Shown here one piece after another: positions 49,727-58,844 of a stretch of 64,000 nt of DNA. The translations under genes and the position numbers were made by a program. The notes beneath the pieces were generated by a model. The model searched no databases, was not told the DNA's origin, and worked only from the letters and a program-made list of their open reading frames with translations. The stretch covers positions 582,063 to 646,062 of the forward strand of contig CAVVAN010000004.1 of assembly GCA_963746345.1 (NCBI GenBank), given 5' to 3'. Source of the DNA: an uncultured Verrucomicrobiae bacterium (GTDB lineage Bacteria > Verrucomicrobiota > Verrucomicrobiia > Limisphaerales > UBA11358). Within the stretch, counting starts at the first letter, position 1; every line of letters begins with the position of its first letter.

Positions 49727-49824
49727 AAACTTGCAACTTTCAACCTTCAACTTGAAACTGAATCCATGAGCAAGCCGTATGAGGAAATCCTCGAAGGCGC
49801 GTCGCTGCCGCGTTCCGCGCCGGA
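49723..49824. repeat. direct repeat copy C (102 nt), heading the intact Uma2 gene
   Basis: See copy A. Starts inside the stop codon of the DUF5615 gene. Confidence 0.95.
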
Positions 49825-50239
49825 CGTGCGGCACGAAATCATCTGCGCCCGGCTGCACGCGGCGATGACGGCGAGCGTGGCAAATCTTTCCACGACGCAA
49901 TTGCTCGCGCCGCGCACCAAAATCCAGGTCTCGCGCTCGACGGCGATCTGCCCCGACCTCGCGCTCGTCACGACGGCAACGCAGAAAATTTTTCTGGCGG
50001 TGGAAATCGTCAATCGCGGCGACCAGCACACCGACACGGTGGTGAAAAAAGAATTCTACGAAAAAATCCGCGTGCCGCGTTTGTGGATGGTTGATCCGCG
50101 CTACGACAACGTGGAGATTTATCACAGCATGGAATTCGGGCTGGCGCTGAAAAATATCCTGGCCGGAAGTGAAGTTCTATCGGAAAAGTTGATTCCAGAA
50201 TTTCAATTTGTCATCGCGGAACTTTTTGCCGCCGGTTGA
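49766..50239 (+). CDS. Uma2-family (DUF820) putative endonuclease
   Basis: 157 aa. ..LAVEIVNRGDQHTDTVVKKEFYEKIRVPRLWMVDPRYDNVEIY.. matches the E..S......D...K...Y...G..E.W.VDP pattern. Confidence 0.7.
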   Translation: MSKPYEEILEGASLPRSAPDVRHEIICARLHAAMTASVANLSTTQLLAPRTKIQVSRSTAICPDLALVTTATQKIFLAVEIVNRGDQHTDTVVKKEFYEKIRVPRLWMVDPRYDNVEIYHSMEFGLALKNILAGSEVLSEKLIPEFQFVIAELFAAG

Positions 50240-50975
50240 ACGCGACCACATCGGCGTATTTCACGTCGCTGCCGCCAAAGATGTCCAGCGCCGAGCCGAT
50301 TGTCAGATTAACTTTCCCCTGCCCCAACTTTGTGACGGTTTCCAAATCCAAAATGGAATTGGCGCCGCCGGCGTAAGTCGTCGGAATCGGCGTCCACTGG
50401 CCGAGTTTTTCTACCAGCTCGCGGTCAATGCCTTTGCACAGACCTTCGACATCCACGGCGTGAATTAAAAACTCCGCACAGAATTCCGAAAATCTTTTCA
50501 GCGTCTCTTCATTCACGACGAGTTCCGTGAATTTCTGCCAGCGATCGGTGACGACGAAATAATTTTCCCCGCGCTTACGACAGCTCAAATCAAGAACCAA
50601 TTTGTCTTTGCCAATCGCTTTGACAAGTTCGCCGAGCCGTTCCCAATTCACACGGCCTTCGCGAAAAACCCAGCTCGTGACGATGACGTGCGACGCGCCA
50701 GCATCAAGCCAATCGCGCGCATTCGCAGAATTGATACCACCGCCGATTTGCAATCCATTTGGAAATGCTGCGAGCGCCGAACGCGCTTCATTTTCATTTC
50801 CCGCGCCGAGCATGATGACGTGGCCGCCAAAAAGTCCGTCGCGTTTGTAAAGTTCCGCGAACCACGCCGCCGGTTTTTCCGAAATAAAATTCGTCCGCAA
50901 AGCCGAATCGCCGAGCGTGCCGCCGACGATTTGCTTCACTTTGCCTTCATGCAAGTCAATGCAGGGACGAAACAT
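50211..50975 (-). CDS. hisA: ProFAR isomerase HisA, eukaryotic His6-type subfamily
   Basis: Intact 254 aa. FRPCIDLHEGKVKQIVGGTL, VIVTSWVF, LVLDLSCRK, EFLIHAVDVEGLCKGID, TYAGGA, GKVNLTIGSALDIFGG, colinear with yeast His6 as I recall it. Confidence 0.8.
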   Translation of the reverse strand: MFRPCIDLHEGKVKQIVGGTLGDSALRTNFISEKPAAWFAELYKRDGLFGGHVIMLGAGNENEARSALAAFPNGLQIGGGINSANARDWLDAGASHVIVTSWVFREGRVNWERLGELVKAIGKDKLVLDLSCRKRGENYFVVTDRWQKFTELVVNEETLKRFSEFCAEFLIHAVDVEGLCKGIDRELVEKLGQWTPIPTTYAGGANSILDLETVTKLGQGKVNLTIGSALDIFGGSDVKYADVVAFNRRQKVPR

Positions 50976-51084
50976 GCCTCAAGCTAATTTCATGTGACAA
51001 AAGTTCAAAGGCAAAACTGTGCAAACAATTTGCTTAAAAAATTGACGAGACAAGCGGAACCAAGAATCTTGTGCGGGTTTTATA

Positions 51085-53997
51085 ATGCAAATGTCGTTTT
51101 TAAAAAACCGCCGATGGCTGCCAGCGCTCGCGTTGCTGGGCGGTCTCATTTTTTCCGCCGGAGCAAAACCTTATGGATTGAATTCGCGTCCGCAAGCCGG
51201 CGCATTTTTGAACGGCGCGATGCCGGAAACCGCGCCGGCCATTTCCGGCAACTGGTCGGCCGTAGTCGCTTTTCCAAATCTGCTGTTCACCAATTCCGTC
51301 GGCCTCACGTTTGTTCCTGAATCCACAATCAGTTCCAATCAACTTTGCGTCTGGGAACGCGAAGGCCGAATCTGGACGTTTGAAAATTCTTCCAACGCCG
51401 CGCAAAAAAAACTTGTTCTCGATTTGCAGCAATCAATGCCAGGGCTGGGACGATTCCGGTTTGCTTGGCGTCGCGTTTCATCCCGGTTTTGCGACGAACC
51501 ATTTCATGTTTGTGTTATTACACCTGGGTCAAGCCCGGCACAGTCGCCGGCTCGCCAACGACGCGGCCAAATCCGACGTTGCCGAACACTTATCACGACC
51601 GCCTCGAACGCTACACTCTCGATGAAAACGGCGTCGCGCATTCCAGACTCCCGAACATTTTGATTGACCAGACTGATCAAACCGTCTGGCATCACGGCGG
51701 CGGGATGTTTTTCCATCCGCAAAATGGATTTCTTTATCTGACCATCGGCGACAATTCCGTTGCCGACAACGACCAGATCATCAACAAAAGCCTTTACTCG
51801 GCGGCGTTTTCCGGATCGATGTGGATTGCCGCGGCGGAAATATCAGCCATCCGATTCCGCGCCAGCCGGTCAACGGGTGTCACGGCAAATTATTTTATTC
51901 CGAACGACAATCCGTTCGTCGGCCAATCGAATGTGCTGGAAGAATTTTTTTGTCTCGGCCTGCGCAGCCCGCATCGCATGACCATTGACCCGCCGACCGG
52001 CAGGATTTTCATCGGCGACGTCGGCGAAAGTTCGCGCGAGGAAATTGATGTGATTGAGCCCGGCGAAAGCGGCCTTGAATTTTCAATGGCCTTATTGCGA
52101 AGGCAATCTCGGCAAAATGAAATCGCCCTACATCGGCATCAGCCGCGGGCCGGTTTTGGATTATCCGCACACCGATGGTCGCGCGGTCATCGGCGGCTAT
52201 GTTTATCGCGGCAAAAAATTCGCGCGCGATCTCGGCGGCAAATATATTTTCGGCGACAACGTTTTTCGCACGGTCTGGGCGATGGACGAAACCGCCACGC
52301 CCGCCAAAAAAAATCTGCTCTGCGTCATGCCCAAAGGCGACGGGCCGAATTCCGGCTCCGATTACACCGGCCTTTCGTCGTTCGGCACGGACGCCGACGG
52401 CGAAATTTATTTCTGCCAGATGAGCAGCATCGGCGGACGAATTTTTACGCTTGCAGCGCGGCGGTCCGCCGCCGCCGAAGTCATCCGATGCCAAAATTGC
52501 TTTCGCAAACCGGCGCGTTCACCGATTTGAAGAATCTTGCGCCGGCAGAAATTTTTGATTCCATACACCGTCAATTCGCCGCTGTGGTCGGACGGCGCGG
52601 TGAAAACGCGCTGGATGGCATTGCCGGCAAATTCAAAAATTAATTTTTCCGCGACCGGCGAATGGAAATTTCCCGACGGCACCGTTTTCGTGAAAAATTT
52701 TTCGCTGCCCGTGGACGACACCAATCCGAAAATTCTGCGCCGCCTCGAAACACGCCTGCTCGTGCGCGACGCGGACGGAAATGTTTATGGCGCGAGCTAC
52801 AAATGGCGCGACGGATATTGAGCGACGCCGATTTGGTCAATGCGGGAATCACCGATGCCGATCAAAATCAAAACCGCCACAGGCACGCGCACGCAAAATT
52901 GGTTTTTTCCCGGACGACAGGATTGTCTGACCTGCCACACGCCGCAATCCGGCGGCGTCCTCGGCGTCAACACCCGCCAGCTCAACGGCGATTTCAAATA
53001 TCCCGACGGCGTCACCGACAATCAATTGCGCGCGCTCAATCACATCCACGTTTTCGATTCGCAACTCGACGAAAATGAAATCCCGCAATTTGAAAAACTC
53101 GTTTCCGTCACGAACACTTCCGCGCCGCTTGAACTGCGCGCGCGTTCTTATTTCGATTCCAACTGCGCGCAATGCCATCGTCCCGGCGGCGTTGAGGCAT
53201 TTTTCGATGCGCGATTTGAAACGCCGTTGAGCCATCAAGGCATCATCAACGGCCCGGTCGAAAATCCGCTCGGCATGGACGGCGCGAAAATTATCGTGCC
53301 CGCCGATTTGACCCGCTCCGTTTTATTTCATCGCATCAACATCGTCGGCGATTTGCAGATGCCGCCGATTGCGCGAAATGTCACCGACCGCGCCGCCGTC
53401 GGCACAATCGCCGCATGGATTAATTCGTTGCCGCCCGCCAATTCGTCGTTGCCGGAAAATTGGACGAACATGGACATCGGCAACGTCGGCGTGAAAGGCG
53501 ACGCCAGTTTTGTGGGCGACAAATTCAACGTCGTCGCCAGCGGCTCGGACATTTGGGAAAACGCCGATTCATTTCATTTTGCCAGCACGACGCTCGACGG
53601 CGACGGCCAAATCGTCGCGCACGTCGCGTCCATGCAATACACCGACCCGTGGGCCAAAGCCGGCGTCATGTTCCGCGAAGACAATTCCGCCGGCGCGAAA
53701 TATGTTTTCATGGCGCTCACCGCGCAAAACGGTTCCATCTATCAATGGCGACCGGCGGCGAACCTCGGCAGCCACAACACCGACGGCGAGTCCGGCATCA
53801 TTCCCAAATGGGTGCGGCTCACGCGCGCGGGCGATTTTTTCACCGGCGAAATTTCCGTGGACGGCGTCAATTGGGAGCGCGTGGATAAAATCTCCGTGCC
53901 GATGAATAAAAAAATTTCCGTCGGCCTCGCCGTTTGCGCGCACAACAACACCGAGTTGAACTCGACGCTGTTTGATAATGTTTCTGTGTCGCCGTGA
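51085..53997 (+). pseudogene. secreted PQQ/sorbosone-dehydrogenase-like beta-propeller, two CxxCH motifs and a ConA-like C-terminal domain (at least 8 frameshifts)
   Basis: Signal peptide, LLGVAFHPGF, HHGGGMFF..DG.LY...GD, GLRSPHRM, GDVG....EEID, CLTCH and CAQCH haem-c motifs. The 385-aa C-terminal ORF is intact. Confidence 0.65.
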
Positions 53998-54002
53998 TTT
54001 TT

Positions 54003-54080
54003 CACCACCAAGACACAAAGTCACCAAGGAAAACCAAACAACTCTGTGGCAAATGCTTGGTGTCTTTGTGCCTTGGTGGT
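54003..54080. repeat. long imperfect inverted repeat of the accaccaag(a/g)cacaaag family
   Basis: Arms at 54003-54028 and 54055-54080 match 23/26, with a 26-nt loop. A half copy is at 11731-11760. Confidence 0.7.
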
Positions 54081-54130
54081 TCATTTCTTCGCGCCTCGAC
54101 AAACCGGCAAAATTTTCTAAATTGTCTGCA

Positions 54131-54920
54131 ATGTTGCTTTCAAACCAGCCATTGGTCATCGCGGGAAGAATTTTTCGGTCGCGCCTGATTTTGGGCACGG
54201 GAAAATTCTCGTCGCCGGAAGCCATGCGCGACGCGCTGGACGCCAGCGGCGCGGAAATGGTCACCGTCGCCCTGCGCCGCGCGGATTTGTCCGGCAAAGG
54301 CGACCCGTTCGCGAACATTCTGGAGTTCATTGACCCGAAAAAATATCTCCTGCTGCCCAACACCAGCGGCGCGATGAACGCCGAGGAAGCCGTCCGCCTC
54401 GCGCGCCTTGCCGTCGCCGCCGGTTTGCCGCAGATGGGTGAAGCTCGAAATCCATCCCGACCCGCGCTATCTGCTGCCCGACCCGATTGAAACTTTCAAG
54501 GCAGCGGAAATTTTGGTGAAGGAAGGTTTCACCGTTTTGCCGTATATCAACGCCGATCCGGTTTTGGCGAAACGATTGCAGGACATCGGCGTCGCGACGG
54601 TGATGCCGCTCGGCTCGCCCATCGGCTCGAATCGCGGCGTCCAAACGCGCGACCAAATCCGCATCATCATTGAACAGGCCACCGTGCCCGTTGTCGTAGA
54701 TGCGGGACTCGGCGCGCCAAGCCACGCGGCAGAGGCGATGGAATTGGGCGCGGACGCCGTGCTCGTGAACACCGCCATCGCCGTGGCGAGGGATCCGAAT
54801 AAAATGGCCGTCGCATTCAAAATGGCCGTCGAAGCCGGGCGCGCGGCATTCGAATCCGGTTTGGCATCGCAAAATGAAACCGCCAGCGCGACGAGTCCGT
54901 TGACGGCGTTTTTGGATTAA
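54131..54920 (+). pseudogene. thiG: thiazole synthase ThiG (1 frameshift near 54430)
   Basis: ..LILGTGKF.S......AL.ASGAE.VTVALRR.. then [36 protein letters not shown]...[13 protein letters not shown]. Confidence 0.9.
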
Positions 54921-54941
54921 AATTTTAACCACAGATAAGAA

Positions 54942-55841
54942 TTGATGCCAAATTGCTCAACAAAGAAAAAACTTAATCGTGCTTGTTTCTTTCCAAAGCA
55001 CTTGAAGTGGTTTTTTCTGTTTGCTGCTCTCGCGGCGCGGGCTGCGAAGGCTGATAATATTGAGCCAAGTTATCAGGGACATTCATTTTCGGAATGGGCC
55101 AGTCAAATTGATTTCACTGTGCCAATAATGAATGGAGATGAACCTCCAGCAATAATAGCCATTCAGCATATGGGAACTAATGCCATACCAATTCTTCTCG
55201 ATTGGATTTCCGATAAAAAGTCATCAACCCACGACTATAAACCACCGCTTTTGTATAGCCCATCTCGCGTTGAAGCGGCGGCAATGATTTTCAATTACCT
55301 TGGTGCTGAAGCGCGTCCGGCGATTCCTCAACTTACCAAGTTTGCGCTTACCTTTCGCGACTACAAACGCTACGACGAATGTGTCAGGGCACTGGCTTAT
55401 ATTGGAGATGACTCACTTCCTGCATTTAACACCTTGCTGACCAAAGGTCACTCTGGAGCGCAGTTTTCCGCGCTCGAATGGCTGCCGACATTTCACTCGA
55501 ACGCGGTTGTGGTCATGCCAGCAGTCTTAAAACTTTTGATTCGCAACGATGGAGAAGTTGGAGATAAGGCAATGTCGTATTTCGTGGACAATGACATTCC
55601 ACACTCACTCTCCATTCCTGCTCTTACCAACGCACTGCCACATGCTTCCGCAAAAGCGCGCGTCCGAATTTGTAGCTGTTTCTTTTTTATGAGTGCCTAC
55701 AAGCCCTTATCAGAACAGCCATTTGATGCTGTGCCAGCGTTGCGGTTGGCACTGAAGGATAAGAACACGGAAGTTTCTAATATGGCTAGCAACGCACTTG
55801 CTTCGATTGAATCCTCTCGAAGTGTCGTTCCAAATCGGTAG
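54942..55841 (+). CDS. secreted HEAT-repeat hypothetical protein
   Basis: Intact 299 aa with a signal-like N-terminus and several ..A.PAL...L.. HEAT-like units. Low-GC. Confidence 0.5.
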   Translation: MMPNCSTKKKLNRACFFPKHLKWFFLFAALAARAAKADNIEPSYQGHSFSEWASQIDFTVPIMNGDEPPAIIAIQHMGTNAIPILLDWISDKKSSTHDYKPPLLYSPSRVEAAAMIFNYLGAEARPAIPQLTKFALTFRDYKRYDECVRALAYIGDDSLPAFNTLLTKGHSGAQFSALEWLPTFHSNAVVVMPAVLKLLIRNDGEVGDKAMSYFVDNDIPHSLSIPALTNALPHASAKARVRICSCFFFMSAYKPLSEQPFDAVPALRLALKDKNTEVSNMASNALASIESSRSVVPNR

Positions 55842-55870
55842 TTTATCCGTGTCCATCCGTGGTTAAAAAT

Positions 55871-56878
55871 ATGAGTGCAAACAAATTATCCGCTTCCCGC
55901 GCGAAACAGATTTTGTCCGCCGCGACAAAAACCCGCGTGCTCGTCCTCGGCGACGTGATGCTCGACCAGTTCATCTGGGGCGGCGTCTCGCGCATTTCGC
56001 CGGAAGCGCCCGTGCCCGTCGTGGATTTCGAGCGCGAAAGTTTCATGCCCGGCGGTGCGGCCAACGTCGCGCGCAATTTAATTTCATTGAATGTTTCCAC
56101 GGAAATTTTTGGCGCGATTGGAAATGATCCGGCGGCGCAGCAATTGAAAAAACTTTTGGCCGAGCAAAAAATCGGCTGCGCCGGATTGGTGGCAAATCCC
56201 TCGCGGCACACGAGCGTCAAGACGCGCATCGTCGCGCATAAGCAGCAGGTCGTGCGCATTGACCGCGAAACGCGCGACGGTTTGGATGCAAAATTGACGG
56301 GACAATTATTGAGTGCGTTGAAATCAAAATTGAAAACTGCCGACGCGATCATCGTCGGCGATTACGGCAAAGGCGTCGTGACGCAGCCGTTGTTGAACGA
56401 AATCAAATCGCTGTGCCGCGCGCGCGGCGTGTGGTTGAGCCTTGATCCAAAGCCGGTGCATCATCTGAATTTGTCCAATCTTTCGCTCATCACGCCGAAT
56501 CGCAAGGAGGCTTTTGAACTGGCGGATTTGCCGGACGAAACGAAAAATGAAAATCCGTTCGCGGACAAAAATCTCATGCTCGTCGCGGAACGGTTGCTGA
56601 ACGAACTGCGTCCGGCAGTCTTGCTCATCACGCTCGGCGAATTCGGAATGTTACTTTGCCAGCGCGGACAAAAACCATTTCACATTCCGACCGTCGCGCA
56701 GGAAGTGTTCGACGTTTCCGGCGCAGGCGACACGGTGATTGCGAGTTTCACGCTGGCGATTGCGGCGGGCGCGTCGCCGATTGAAGCGGCGATTCTTTCA
56801 AATCACGCCGCCGGAATTGTCGTCGGCAAAGTCGGCACGGCGACGACGACGCCGGAGGAATTGCTTAAAAGTTTTTAA
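55871..56878 (+). CDS. D-glycero-beta-D-manno-heptose-7-phosphate kinase (RfaE domain I/HldA-like, PfkB family)
   Basis: VLVLGDVMLDQFIWGGVSRISPEAPVPVV plus C-terminal DVSGAGDTV. The ORF track start at 55859 (GTG) lies in a repeat, so the ATG at 55871 is preferred. Confidence 0.8.
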   Translation: MSANKLSASRAKQILSAATKTRVLVLGDVMLDQFIWGGVSRISPEAPVPVVDFERESFMPGGAANVARNLISLNVSTEIFGAIGNDPAAQQLKKLLAEQKIGCAGLVANPSRHTSVKTRIVAHKQQVVRIDRETRDGLDAKLTGQLLSALKSKLKTADAIIVGDYGKGVVTQPLLNEIKSLCRARGVWLSLDPKPVHHLNLSNLSLITPNRKEAFELADLPDETKNENPFADKNLMLVAERLLNELRPAVLLITLGEFGMLLCQRGQKPFHIPTVAQEVFDVSGAGDTVIASFTLAIAAGASPIEAAILSNHAAGIVVGKVGTATTTPEELLKSF

Positions 56879-56942
56879 CCGCAGATTAGGCGGATTAAAA
56901 CAAAATCGCATTTATAAAATCCGCGTAATCCGCGGTTTCAAA

Positions 56943-57723
56943 ATGAATTCTAAAATTACTGTTGAAAGCATTCGCGCCATGAAAAGTCGCGGCGAAAAAA
57001 TCGCCGCGCTCACGGCTTACGATTTTCCGATGGCGAAGTTGCTTGATGAAATGGGCATGCCACTTTTGCTCGTCGGCGATTCGCTCGGCATGGTGGTGCT
57101 CGGTTATCCTGACACGACTCATGTGACGATGGCGGAAATGGAGCATCACGTCCGCGCCGCCGCGCGCGCGAAACCAAACGCGTTGCTCGGCGCGGATTTG
57201 CCGTTCAAAAGCTATGACACGGTTTCGGACGCGCTGGTCAACGCAAAAAAACTCGTCGCCGCCGGCGCGGAATTTGTGAAGGCGGAAGGCGGACGAGAAA
57301 TTTTGCCGCAAATCCGCGCGATTGTTGCAGCAGGAATTCCATTCATGCGGTCATCTGGGAATGTTGCCGCAGCACGTTTTCGAAGAAGGCGGTTACCAAA
57401 TCAAAGGCAAGCAGGAAGCGGAGCATCAGAGATTGATCGATGATGCCAAGGCTTTGAACGATGCGGGCGCGTTTGCGATTGTGCTGGAACTCGTGACGCC
57501 GCCGGTGGCGAAGGAAATTTCCGAAAGTATTTCCATTCCCACCATCGGCATCGGCAGCGGCGCGGATTGCGACGGGCAGATTCTGGTGACGCACGATTTG
57601 ATCGGGACATTTCCGTGGTTCACGCCGCGATTCGTGAAGCCGCGAGCCAATTGCGCGGCGGAAATCAAATCGGCGGTTGCAGCGTGGAAAAAATCTGTGG
57701 AATCTTCGGACGAAGGAATTTAA
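56943..57723 (+). pseudogene. panB: 3-methyl-2-oxobutanoate hydroxymethyltransferase PanB (1 frameshift near 57345)
   Basis: ..KIAALTAYD.PMAKL.DE.G...LLVGDSLGMV.LGY..T..VT..EM..H.. then ..GHLG.LPQ......GY...GK.. in the next frame. Confidence 0.9.
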
Positions 57724-57739
57724 TTTTTGCGAAGCATTG

Positions 57740-58105
57740 ATGAAATTATTTTTCACAGCCCTTTTGATTTTGGCGGCGGTTGCGAGCGGTTGCACGACGC
57801 GTTCACAGGCCAAAGCCGACGCGCGTGCGGCTTATCTGGCCGGTCAGAAGGATGCGTATGCCAGCATGGCCAGATCACAACGCACGAGCATTGTCGTCAT
57901 CGGGCAGGTGCAAAATCGCGAAATTCCGTGGGCGGACGGCATGACGCTGGCGCAGGCCATCGTCGCGGCGAATTACACCGGCCACGGAAATCCCACGGAA
58001 ATCATTTTGTTGCGCCGTGGCGAAACCGCGAGTATTGACCCGGCGGATTTGTTGCGCGGCCACGATGTGCCGCTGGAGCCGGGCGACACGATTACGTTGC
58101 GGTGA
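57740..58105 (+). CDS. lipoprotein with an SLBB (polysaccharide-export-like beta-grasp) domain
   Basis: 121 aa from the ATG at 57740. Lipobox VASGC|T. ..IVVIGQVQN.EIPW.DGMTLAQAI..A........I.L.R.GE......DLL.G.DVPLEPGD.I.L. Confidence 0.6.
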   Translation: MKLFFTALLILAAVASGCTTRSQAKADARAAYLAGQKDAYASMARSQRTSIVVIGQVQNREIPWADGMTLAQAIVAANYTGHGNPTEIILLRRGETASIDPADLLRGHDVPLEPGDTITLR

Positions 58106-58133
58106 ATTGCGCCTTAATTGGACAGGAACATTC

Positions 58134-58322
58134 ATGCCGATTATAGATTCAATAGGAAAAACTTTATTTCCGCGACACAATCGGAGTGAACGCAGGCAAA
58201 AAGTTAAAGTGCTCCTTGTTGCCGTGCTGGTTGCCTTCATTGTGATTGCTCTCTTGGTTGTGGTCATGGTTGTTTTGATTGGTTCAGTCCATATTATTAA
58301 GCTCGAAGACTTGCTGCAATAA
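58134..58322 (+). CDS. small single-pass membrane protein
   Basis: 62 aa from the ATG at 58134. Basic stretch then 25-aa hydrophobic helix. Coding status is uncertain. Confidence 0.35.
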   Translation: MPIIDSIGKTLFPRHNRSERRQKVKVLLVAVLVAFIVIALLVVVMVVLIGSVHIIKLEDLLQ

Positions 58323-58356
58323 GTTTTCCCCGATTCATTCGTTTTCCGCAATTCCT

Positions 58357-58509
58357 CGGGAGTATGTAGATAACGCAAATTGGAGATGTCTGCAAAATGG
58401 TTTGTCTTTGAAATCGGGCAATCGTGTTGATTGATGCGCCGGCAAAAGGGACAATCAGTTAAAGCCAGTTGCCGCTTTTGACCTGATTTGCGTTATCTAC
58501 ATACTCCCG
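58357..58509. mobile_element. 153-bp MITE-like element with perfect 24-bp terminal inverted repeats and an 8-bp target-site duplication
   Basis: TIR-L 58357-58380 cgggagtatgtagataacgcaaat is the exact reverse complement of TIR-R 58486-58509. It is flanked by the direct repeat caattcct at 58349-58356 and 58510-58517. No ORF inside. Confidence 0.85.
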
Positions 58510-58578
58510 CAATTCCTTTTGCTTGGACAGCATTTGTCCAACCCTACCTGTCAGAATGTCGCGCAAGAAAGGTTCATT

Positions 58579-58800
58579 ATGACGACAACAAATGCGACAG
58601 ACAGACAACTGGAACTTGGCTTCAACGGCATCAAACCGCGCGCGCTGGCGGCGCGACGCGAAGGCCGCATCGCCCGCGCCAACTGGTGGTTTTCAAAAAT
58701 GCGCGAAGCCGTGGCGAGCGCGATGGATTGGGAAACCGCCGGTCAACCGCGCCCAGAGCAAATCTGGATGCCCGGCGCGAATCGCGAAGTGAAGGTTTGA
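58579..58800 (+). CDS. small arginine-rich hypothetical protein
   Basis: 73 aa from the ATG at 58579, preceded by aaagg. ..RQLELGFNG...RREGRIARANWWFSKMREAV...RPEQIW.. Confidence 0.4.
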   Translation: MTTTNATDRQLELGFNGIKPRALAARREGRIARANWWFSKMREAVASAMDWETAGQPRPEQIWMPGANREVKV

Positions 58801-58844
58801 GCTTCCCAAGTCCGCGCGCTTGCGCGGCATCACCGACGCGCCGG

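Noticed and set aside
50211-50239. 29-nt convergent overlap of the Uma2 gene and hisA as a regulatory feature.
   Set aside because: Short 3'-3' overlaps are common in compact genomes. There is no additional structure or motif there.
53998-54130. TPP riboswitch upstream of thiG.
   Set aside because: I could not find the conserved ctgaga / accctt..aacctgatc.ggataatgcc cores. The region is explained by a dispersed hairpin repeat. A covariance-model scan would be needed to be certain.
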